From an uncultured Bacteroidaceae bacterium (lineage in GTDB: Bacteria > Bacteroidota > Bacteroidia > Bacteroidales > GCA-2748055), in assembly GCA_964539395.1 (NCBI GenBank), contig CAZIIU010000008.1, forward strand, positions 2,455 through 66,454: a DNA stretch of 64,000 nt. The letters are read 5' to 3'. Made by a program: the position numbers and the translations under genes. Below the pieces are notes generated by a model. It worked only from the letters and a program-made list of their open reading frames with translations. It did no database searches and was not told where the DNA came from. Below are positions 56,558-64,000 of this stretch, piece by piece. Position 1 is the stretch's first letter. Each line of letters begins with the position of its first letter.

Positions 56558-58900
56558 TTAATAGTCTTTCGGTATAAAGAAGAATGTGCCATTCTCATCC
56601 TGTAATCCGGCTATTTTTCCAAACTGAGGCTTTTGCTGATTCAGTCCGACTACCGCAGTTGTAACCTTCTGAACGATACTTTCAATTGGTATGCAGGCAT
56701 CCGGATTATTAGCCAGCGTATTAGCAAAGGTTCTGGTAAACTGACTATCGTCACTGGCAAGTTCATACCCGGCTGAAGAGAGGACCTGGGATGACTTAAA
56801 CCGGGTAGCTTCCCAATCGTCACAGCTCCTTATCTCGTTTGAAGACCGCATGGCCTGGTAGAAACTGGGACCCGATTCACATGCATCAGTTACTACAAGG
56901 GTGTGTGTCAGGATCTCAGGATATGATTGCATAGAAGCCTTCAATGCATTGATATTGAAATAAGTGAACTCATCGTCCCGCTTCGCATCAACAGGGATCC
57001 AATAACCAGTCTCATTTACAAACTTTCCATGTCCGGCATACCAGACCATAATTGAGTTAACCATGTTGCTCCTGAGCAGATCCCTGAGTTCAATGGCAAA
57101 AAAGCGCTCCATGTCTTCCTTGGTCATGTCCTTCTTGTGAATAAAATTATGAACCTGGTATTTTGTCAAAGCAGTCTTCATAAGGGTTACATCCTTGGAA
57201 GGACCCTCAAGGCTGGCAAAATGATGATAATTAGAATTCTCGATGAATACTGCCCAGGTTTTACCCATCGGATTGCTGCTATAGCTGGCAGCATCCCTGT
57301 TAAGAGAAAATTCTACATCTGCGATATTTCCATAAATATCCTCAGCTTTTACAGTAAGTCGACTGCGGTTTTCAACCCTGACCCTCGCAGAAAAGACCGG
57401 ATTATTATCTGAGGGCACAAAGCTGGCAGCAACATTATCGATATAGATTGACCTGATAAGGCTTTCATCAGCAATCTTTCCCTCCACATAAATAACAGGA
57501 TCCTCAGAATCCAGGTAGATGGTATTATTGTCAGATGCATAGGGTGCAATAATATTGACTTCTGGAACATCAGTCTCTGTTCTGAGAATATTAAAAATGG
57601 CAGTCTCCTCATTATTATAGATGTCACTCACCTCGACAATGATTTGATCGGCATCCCTCAGGTTGATGCTCGCCAGAAACTCAAAACCCTCATCCGTTCT
57701 GGCAGGCTGAACAGCGAAATTATTGACTTTTAATGACTTAATGTCACTTTCATCCTCAATCATTCCACTTAGAGCCAATACATTAAGGTCCTTGGGGATA
57801 TGTACGGTCCTGTCCTTTCCGGAAGCTGGTTCAATTAATTTTACTTTCGGTTTGACGCTCTCCCGGTTAATCTCGTACATGCGTTCATTTGCCTGTGCAA
57901 GCAGCCGCTGTGCATCCCCGTCATATTCCGATAATTCAAGCAGTTTGTTATAGTCGGCTTTGGCGGATTTGAAATCCCTGATCTGCTCATAAGATCGTGC
58001 TCTTTTATAATAAACATCTGCAAGGGTATCTCCCGCCTCAATGGCAAAAGTATAATCGACAATAGCATCTGAATGCCTGCTCAGCAACTGATAAAAATCT
58101 CCCCTCAGCGTATGTAATTCGGGATCTCCCCTGTAGATAATCAAGGCCTCGGATACATCATTGACTGCCTGGGTGATATTCATTCTTGCAGCATGAATGC
58201 TGCTTCTGAGCATCAACGCCTCCTTGCTCCTTGAATTGATTCGCAGAACCTGGTTCACAGAAGACATTGCCAGGTCATATTTATCTCTCTCAAATGCCAG
58301 TTTGCCAAGAGCGAGGTGCACCTCCTCCATGTTTTTATTCTTATCGATGGATTTCTTATATGCATCCTCTGCCTCATCATAAAGCTCCAGACTTTCATAA
58401 ACCCTGGCCAGATTATAGAAATTCAATGCATCCTCCTTAAATCTAAGTGCCCTTTTACAATCGTCAAGTGCCTCCTGGTATCTTTTCAACGCAAAATATA
58501 CCTGTGTCCTTGTTTGATAAGCTTCCAGATAGTTTGACTTCTTTTCAATGGCTTTATCGAGTTTAGCCAACGCCGCGCCATATTTTTCAGCATTAAAAAA
58601 AGCCCTGCCGGCAAGGTAGTACAGCTCAGCGTCATTGTCTCTGAAAACCAAAGCTCTTTCATAATCATCAGCTGCTTCAGCAAATCTGTTGATCCGTTCA
58701 TACGCTGCTGCTCTTGCAACATACGCTTTATAGTCTTCAGGCTTTAAATCAATCGCATTGGAATACTGCTCAATGGCATCCTCATATTTTTGTACCTTGA
58801 AAAAATCATCCCCGGCCTTAAAATATTTTCTTGACGACTGACTAAAACCAGTTGATATTGCCGCGAGCAATAGTATTATAATTGGTACGAATTTTTTCAT
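56558..58900 (-). CDS. Secreted TPR-repeat protein with C-terminal caspase-like (peptidase C14) domain
   Basis: Signal peptide, then TPR repeats at aa ~22-340, two ~90-aa beta-rich repeats at aa ~350-535, and a caspase-like domain with YAGHG (His624) and DACESG (Cys674). Confidence 0.8.
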   Translation of the reverse strand: MKKFVPIIILLLAAISTGFSQSSRKYFKAGDDFFKVQKYEDAIEQYSNAIDLKPEDYKAYVARAAAYERINRFAEAADDYERALVFRDNDAELYYLAGRAFFNAEKYGAALAKLDKAIEKKSNYLEAYQTRTQVYFALKRYQEALDDCKRALRFKEDALNFYNLARVYESLELYDEAEDAYKKSIDKNKNMEEVHLALGKLAFERDKYDLAMSSVNQVLRINSRSKEALMLRSSIHAARMNITQAVNDVSEALIIYRGDPELHTLRGDFYQLLSRHSDAIVDYTFAIEAGDTLADVYYKRARSYEQIRDFKSAKADYNKLLELSEYDGDAQRLLAQANERMYEINRESVKPKVKLIEPASGKDRTVHIPKDLNVLALSGMIEDESDIKSLKVNNFAVQPARTDEGFEFLASINLRDADQIIVEVSDIYNNEETAIFNILRTETDVPEVNIIAPYASDNNTIYLDSEDPVIYVEGKIADESLIRSIYIDNVAASFVPSDNNPVFSARVRVENRSRLTVKAEDIYGNIADVEFSLNRDAASYSSNPMGKTWAVFIENSNYHHFASLEGPSKDVTLMKTALTKYQVHNFIHKKDMTKEDMERFFAIELRDLLRSNMVNSIMVWYAGHGKFVNETGYWIPVDAKRDDEFTYFNINALKASMQSYPEILTHTLVVTDACESGPSFYQAMRSSNEIRSCDDWEATRFKSSQVLSSAGYELASDDSQFTRTFANTLANNPDACIPIESIVQKVTTAVVGLNQQKPQFGKIAGLQDENGTFFFIPKDY

Positions 58901-59013
58901 GGGTGGTTTATTTTTTGCTGATTTTACGAAAATAATAAATAATTGTTACCAATATATCCATGCATTTACATAAATGTGCCATAATAGTCCATTAAATGAC
59001 AACTATCTGAAGA

Positions 59014-60069
59014 TTAACTATCCGGACCATTCCTGTAGAATATGCTTAGTTCGCTTCCTTCAAATTGTAAAACCTCATCAGGCGACTGTTTCAGTACCGG
59101 TGCCTTTACTCCTTGTGAAAACACTATTTTGCCCGTAAAAACCCTGGCTTCATCCCACAAACCCTCATTGATCAATGATGTATGCAATTGTTGTCCACCC
59201 TCAACAAGAATTGAGATGATCTTCTGCTCATAGAGCTCTGTCATCACGTCCGCCATTTGATATTCATGATCAATAAGTATGCTGTTCGCCTTTCCTGAGT
59301 ATCTTTCCTGGTTACATGTAAAAATGAGTGTATCCTGACTGTTATCGAGGATATTGGCTGATTCGGGAATGCGTCCGTTACGGTCGAAAGTGATCCTGAG
59401 CGGGCTGTTACCTTTCCAGCGTCTGACATTCAGCTTGGGATTGTCAGCAATGATCGTATTTGTACCAACCATCAAACCGGCCTCCTCCGATCGCCATTTA
59501 TGGACAAGCGTTCTGCCAATATCATCGGTGATCCAATTTGTGCCAATGGGATCTCCAGCCTGCCGTTCAATATCAATAAACCCGTCAGCAGTTGCTGCCC
59601 ATTTAAGAATTATATAGGGCCGTTTTTCCTGATGAAATGTCAGGAATCTCCTGTTTAAAAATTCACCTTGATTGACCAATACGCCATCAACAACCTCGGT
59701 CCCGCCATTCTTCAATGCCTCTATACCTCTGCCACTTACACTGGGGAAAGGATCTGTATTTGAAATCACTACCCTCGGAATTTTGTGGTTCAGGATCAGG
59801 GTACTGCATGGTGGAGTCTTGCCAAAATGTGAACAGGGCTCCAGGTTAATGTAGATTGTCGATTCCTGCAACAAAGATTTATCCTTCACTGCCCGAATCG
59901 CATTAACCTCAGCATGTGGTCCTCCATATTCATGGTGATATCCCTCTCCAATGATCCTGTCCTGAAACACTATAACGGATCCAACAAGGGGGTTGGTCCT
60001 GGTATTGCCCAGACCATGAGAAGCAAGTTCGAAACAGCGCCGCATGTATATCTCATCCTTGGAATACAT
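59014..60069 (-). CDS. ribD: Bifunctional riboflavin biosynthesis protein RibD (deaminase/reductase)
   Basis: The CMP/dCMP deaminase zinc motifs HAEVNA and PCSHFGKTPPC are followed by a C-terminal reductase domain. Confidence 0.93.
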   Translation of the reverse strand: MYSKDEIYMRRCFELASHGLGNTRTNPLVGSVIVFQDRIIGEGYHHEYGGPHAEVNAIRAVKDKSLLQESTIYINLEPCSHFGKTPPCSTLILNHKIPRVVISNTDPFPSVSGRGIEALKNGGTEVVDGVLVNQGEFLNRRFLTFHQEKRPYIILKWAATADGFIDIERQAGDPIGTNWITDDIGRTLVHKWRSEEAGLMVGTNTIIADNPKLNVRRWKGNSPLRITFDRNGRIPESANILDNSQDTLIFTCNQERYSGKANSILIDHEYQMADVMTELYEQKIISILVEGGQQLHTSLINEGLWDEARVFTGKIVFSQGVKAPVLKQSPDEVLQFEGSELSIFYRNGPDS

Positions 60070-60096
60070 CGTTTTCTTAATTTCTTATCTTTGAAT

Positions 60097-60960
60097 ATGC
60101 ACAAAGAGGTACAATACATATCGGGGATCAGACGCTCTATGATCAACCAATTATCGGAAATCGTCCCTGGCAATGAAGCAGTTTCGTTAACCAGGCTGAT
60201 TCTCGAACATGTTGGTTATCCCGAGCTTACCATTCTAACAAACCCCTATGCTGAAATACCTGAAAAAACACGCTCCGAAATTACTAAAATTGTTGGTGAA
60301 TTAAAGAAAAACAGGCCTATTCAATACATTTTGGGAAAAGTTCATTTCCTCGGCCTAATGCTGCATGTAGACGAACATGTACTGATACCGCGAACAGAAA
60401 CTGAAGAGCTCGTATTAAAAATCATTGAGGAAACTCCTGTTACAGGCAGACCAACAATTATCGATATAGGTTGTGGGAGCGGTTGTATTTCCATTGCTTT
60501 GGCACACAGTATTCCCGACAGCAAGGTAAGCGCAATGGAAATAGATGAATCAGCACTAATAATTGCAAAGAAGAATGCACTGCTTAACAATGTACATGTG
60601 AATTTTATCCATCAGAGTATTTTTGAGCCATGGAAAGGTCCTGAAGAAGACCAGTTTGATATTATTGTCAGCAATCCACCTTATGTTACCGAGTCCGACA
60701 AATTACTGATGCCGTTAAATGTAACTGAAGCTGAGCCCGGGATTGCACTGTATGTATCAGATGATGAGCCGCTCACCTTCTACCAGGCTATTATCAGATT
60801 TTCGGAAAAACGGTTGGCGGAAACAGGCACGGTCTGGGTAGAAATCAATGAAAGATTTGGAAATGAGACTGTACAACTGTTTGCCGATGCCGGATTTGGC
60901 AAAGTATTGCTTCTGGAAGACATCCACGGTAAAGACAGATTTATTTGTGCGAAAAAATAA
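60097..60960 (+). CDS. prmC: Peptide chain release factor N5-glutamine methyltransferase PrmC
   Basis: I moved the start to the ATG at 60097 (an alternative is 60139) because the longer ORF overlaps ribD. The SAM motif is IDIGCGSGCI and the catalytic motif is NPPY. Confidence 0.85.
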   Translation: MHKEVQYISGIRRSMINQLSEIVPGNEAVSLTRLILEHVGYPELTILTNPYAEIPEKTRSEITKIVGELKKNRPIQYILGKVHFLGLMLHVDEHVLIPRTETEELVLKIIEETPVTGRPTIIDIGCGSGCISIALAHSIPDSKVSAMEIDESALIIAKKNALLNNVHVNFIHQSIFEPWKGPEEDQFDIIVSNPPYVTESDKLLMPLNVTEAEPGIALYVSDDEPLTFYQAIIRFSEKRLAETGTVWVEINERFGNETVQLFADAGFGKVLLLEDIHGKDRFICAKK

Positions 60961-61029
60961 CCATCCCTGCACCATTCACCTGGGATCTTTAATGAATATA
61001 ATCAGGAATCAAGCAATGAAAACAGAACA

Positions 61030-61494
61030 ATGACAACAGATTATGAAAAAGCTGTCGAAAAGGCTGCAAGGCTATGCAGTCAATCTGAAAAGTGCAGTTA
61101 TGACATCAGGGAAAAACTGACCGCCTGGGGATTAAATGAAGCAGAATCTGAAAACGCGATCAGCTACCTGAAAAAAAACAAGTTCCTTGATGATGAAAGA
61201 TATGCTCAGTCTTTTGTGAAAGACAAGTTAAAATTCAACAAATGGGGGAGGATAAAGATTGCTTATTCCTTGCGTCGAAAGCAAATCCGGGAAGAGATCA
61301 TTGAAAATGTGATCGAAACAATTGATGAATCATTCTATAATGCATTGATCGATCAGCTCATTGCTGCAAAAATAGAAGCAATCGGAAAAGTCAGGACACC
61401 GGCCGGTAAAGCAAAAATTTTTCGCTTCGCTGCACAAAGAGGTTTTACATCTGAGGAGATCATCGATTCATTGAAAAGGCTTAATGAACATTAG
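61030..61494 (+). CDS. recX: Regulatory protein RecX
   Basis: 154 aa, helical-repeat protein with LKKNKFLDDERYAQSFVKDK and WGRIKIAYSLRRKQI, which are typical of RecX. Confidence 0.82.
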   Translation: MTTDYEKAVEKAARLCSQSEKCSYDIREKLTAWGLNEAESENAISYLKKNKFLDDERYAQSFVKDKLKFNKWGRIKIAYSLRRKQIREEIIENVIETIDESFYNALIDQLIAAKIEAIGKVRTPAGKAKIFRFAAQRGFTSEEIIDSLKRLNEH

Positions 61495-61622
61495 ACGTTT
61501 CATATCAGTTACGCTGGTTCTCGTTTTAACACGTGCACTATGACAAGGTAGTGCTATACAATAGTCAAGGAAATTCCGGTATTGTAGTAAAAAATGGTGA
61601 TAGAGGAGCTGGTCGGCATGCA

Positions 61623-62366
61623 TTAGTTATACTGACCCTGCCGGTAAACAAAATTAATTGAATTTTTTAAAAGTGTCCTGTAATTCTCATTGGAATAGGC
61701 ATGTTTGCCATGTCCCTGCATCAGGTAAACGATCCTGGAATTCTGGTATGTGTTTACCCATCCTGTTACATCCGAACAATCTGCATGATCAGCTTTAAGA
61801 ATCACCATAACGTCATCTTTCACTTCTATATTATTATATCCCTCATCCAGTAGAATAAAATCCTCCATGTTCCTCGTTACCGGATGATCCCTCCTGGGAA
61901 TGCTCATAGCAATCTCAATATCATGACTGTATGTGGAATAACGACTGGAATCAACAGTACTGTGCGGGTTATGGTATTTTCCCCCAATGATATTGCTGAA
62001 TTCAGCCCAATCCTGATTTCCTGCAAGGGAGTGGTGAAGAAAAACCATTCCGACACCACGATCCAACAGTCTGTAATAACCCGCAATTTCAATGCTGTCT
62101 ATATCCTTCCACATATCATAGAAAACAATTACATCATACCCATCAACCGCATTACCCCCGATCAGCCGGTTTGCTTTCGGCTGCATAACCGTATCGAAAG
62201 TAAACTCAGAAAATGAATGGAACATCTCAACGAATTCCACAGTGTCAAAACTATGTCCTCCAGCCACCACCATTATATGAAGCTTTGTTCCTGGATTGTT
62301 CTTACAGCCCGGAGCAAACATGGCCATAAGAAATAAAGTTATCATTGAAAATAAGAAGGTTTTCAT
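61623..62366 (-). CDS. ThuA-domain (class-I glutamine amidotransferase-like) lipoprotein
   Basis: Signal peptide with Cys (MFAPGCK). The blocks GGHSFD, YDVIVFYDMW, GMVFLHHSLAG, WAEF..IIGGKY and IVYLMQGHG follow the ThuA family pattern. Confidence 0.72.
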   Translation of the reverse strand: MKTFLFSMITLFLMAMFAPGCKNNPGTKLHIMVVAGGHSFDTVEFVEMFHSFSEFTFDTVMQPKANRLIGGNAVDGYDVIVFYDMWKDIDSIEIAGYYRLLDRGVGMVFLHHSLAGNQDWAEFSNIIGGKYHNPHSTVDSSRYSTYSHDIEIAMSIPRRDHPVTRNMEDFILLDEGYNNIEVKDDVMVILKADHADCSDVTGWVNTYQNSRIVYLMQGHGKHAYSNENYRTLLKNSINFVYRQGQYN

Positions 62367-62489
62367 AGCAATAGATTTTATATTTTGCAGACAAAATAAC
62401 AGGACCAGATATTCATTTCATTTGTACCAGGTTGTCTCACATAACCATAATTCCCGCAATTGATCAACAATATACGTGTTTTTTTCTGT

Positions 62490-62520
62490 TTTGTTGCTTC
62501 AGGGGTAAAAGCTATCTTTG
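62490..62520 (+). promoter_or_regulatory. Bacteroidota-type promoter for prfB (TTTG -33, 19-nt spacer, TATCTTTG -7)
   Basis: TTTG is at 62490-62493 and TATCTTTG at 62513-62520, 16 nt upstream of the prfB ATG at 62537. Confidence 0.45.
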
Positions 62521-62536
62521 CTAAAAACCAGACATT

Positions 62537-63626
62537 ATGATCACAACTGATGAGCTGAGAGATCTCATTGAGCGCCAGGCTGCGCTGAGGAGGCATCTTT
62601 GACGTAGATGGAAAAAAAAGAACCATCGACGAGGAGGAAAGACTAACCCAGGCCGCCGGTTTTTGGGACGACCCTGCGAAGGCCGAACAACAGATGAAAA
62701 AATTATCCCGGTTGAAATCCTGGACCGAAGCTTATGCTGAAGTCGAAACCGCAGTTGATGATCTGAAAGTGCTTTTCGATTTTCTCAAAGAAGGAGAAGC
62801 AGACGAAGAAGAGGTCGAGTTGCAATACCAAAAGGCACTGAAGCTGACTGAAACACTGGAATCTAAGAATATGCTCCGCAATGAAGAGGATACCCTGAGT
62901 GCTATACTGAAGATTAATCCGGGTGCAGGAGGAACAGAAAGTACAGATTGGGCCGAAATGTTGATGCGGATGTATATTCGCTATGGAGAGAGAAATAATT
63001 TTAAAGTAAAGGAACTCCATTTTCTTCCCGGAGATGAAGCCGGTATAAAAACAGTTACGCTAGAATTTACAGGCGACTATGCCTATGGGTATCTGAAAGG
63101 AGAATCGGGTGTACACAGGCTGGTAAGGCTCTCTCCATTCGACTCTGCCAACAGGAGACATACCTCGTTCGCATCAGTATTTGTTGCACCGGTTATAGAT
63201 GACAGCATTGAAATAATTATTAATCCTGCAGATATCGAATGGGATACTTTCAGATCAGGAGGCGCCGGCGGACAAAATGTCAATAAAGTTGAAACCGGGG
63301 TTCGAGTCAAACACCTTCCAACCGGCATTACTGTCGATAATACCGAGACCAGGTCACAAAACAAAAACCGTGAAAATGCACTCAGGATACTCAAATCACA
63401 CCTTTATGAAATCGAACTGCAAAAACGCAGGGAAAAGCAGGCTGAAGTGGAAGGAAAAAAGAAAAAAATTGAGTGGGGATCTCAAATCCGTAACTATGTT
63501 ATGCATCCCTATAAACTGGTAAAAGATCTCAGGACCAACCATGAAACAGGAAATGTGCAAGCAGTCATGGACGGTGAACTTGATGCGTTTATTAAAGCCT
63601 ACCTGATGGAATATGGTGGTGCGTAA
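62537..63626 (+). CDS. prfB: Peptide chain release factor 2, expressed via programmed +1 frameshift: join(62537..62599,62601..63626)
   Basis: Frame 0 encodes [21 protein letters not shown] and then meets TGA at 62600-62602. Skipping T62600 continues in the +1 frame as [15 protein letters not shown]... and joins the annotated ORF at 62694. The RF2-specific SPF and the GGQ motif are both present. Confidence 0.9.
62588..62603 (+). promoter_or_regulatory. RF2 +1 frameshift cassette: AGGAGG CAT CTT TGA C
   Basis: An SD-like AGGAGG lies 3 nt upstream of the slippery CTT, followed by the weak stop context TGA C. This is the same layout as the canonical E. coli prfB site. Confidence 0.85.
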
Positions 63627-63971
63627 CTTCCTGCCTATGCTCAGAAAGTAAAATAGATATCTCACCTGTAATCATCGCAGATCAATAAACAAGTATATAG
63701 ATCATTTGTCACCCGCAACAGTTTATCGCAGGTAAAAGGAAAGATCTATCCCCCTGATTAACCACTCAAATAACATAACCGGGTGGAAGCTCCTCATCAA
63801 AATCTGATAACCGGTAATAACAAATATACTGCCTTACACCTTTCATTATACATATATTTAAATAAATTGCCTGTATAATTGATTATTTTTGATTTATTTC
63901 TTGTTTTTGCTTATAGTTTATTATCTTTATGCCCAGTTTTAGTTTTAATTTATCAATAATAAAAGTTTGTT

Positions 63972-64000
63972 ATGTGTGGATTTGCAGTTTATACGGGAGA
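63972..64000 (+). CDS. Start of a class-II (Ntn, N-terminal Cys) glutamine amidotransferase-type gene, truncated by window end
   Basis: Only MCGFAVYTG is visible. The Met-Cys-Gly start resembles AsnB, GlmS and PurF N-termini. Confidence 0.3.

Noticed and set aside
61495-61622. Possible structured RNA or terminator between recX and the ThuA gene
   Set aside because: Only a weak 6-bp hairpin (gcacta/tagtgc) is present and it has no U-tract, which is not convincing.
62378-62626. 82-aa minus-strand ORF
   Set aside because: It overlaps the prfB promoter, leader ORF and frameshift site on the opposite strand, and the prfB interpretation explains this region fully.
1-64000. CRISPR arrays, tRNA/rRNA genes, transposases/integrases, toxin-antitoxin or classical phage-defence genes
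   Set aside because: Scanning the intergenic regions and ORF products by eye found no spaced repeat arrays, no tRNA-like T-arm or acceptor patterns, and no recombinase, nuclease-NTPase or other defence-type domains. The only repeats seen are the coding 30-bp units in rpsP and short hairpins. A tRNAscan or Infernal run would be needed to exclude small RNAs formally.

Overview
This is a dense, mostly housekeeping 64-kb chromosomal segment that looks like Bacteroidota. Supporting signs are a T9SS C-terminal sorting domain, TAnnTTTG -7 promoter motifs just upstream of several starts, a eukaryote-type GT3 glycogen synthase, a Reg_prop/Y_Y_Y sensor and an extended ribosomal protein S16. I support about 57 protein genes. 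I saw no rRNA, tRNA, CRISPR array, transposase or integrase by eye. Main blocks: ruvC, HIT and greA; ahcY and ribF; a six-gene glycogen cluster (GH13 glgB, a 1419-aa GT3-GT35 fusion, GH57, GT4, GH133 debrancher); two tandem thioredoxin-fold lipoproteins that have lost the CxxC cysteines; lpxH; a membrane pyrophosphatase; an isolated sulfotransferase; PSP1/RicT-like, lipA, mtaB, comM and gmhA; mutL followed by two rhomboids and an EEP phosphoesterase; two tandem PPi-type phosphofructokinases; a zur-yidD-znuABC operon; dapD, a GT4, tsaC, rimM and rpsP; a cargo-less T9SS protein; dnaE carrying an N-terminal DEDDh exonuclease; trxA and LOG; a translationally coupled secreted TPR-caspase-like protein and beta-propeller sensor-PP2C phosphatase; ribD, prmC, recX and ThuA; and prfB with its programmed +1 frameshift, which the ORF track misses. 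The best candidate for an undescribed system is the TPR-caspase / sensor-PP2C pair. The GT3-GT35 fusion and the exonuclease-DnaE fusion are the other unusual architectures. All functional calls come from reading motifs by eye and no database search was possible.
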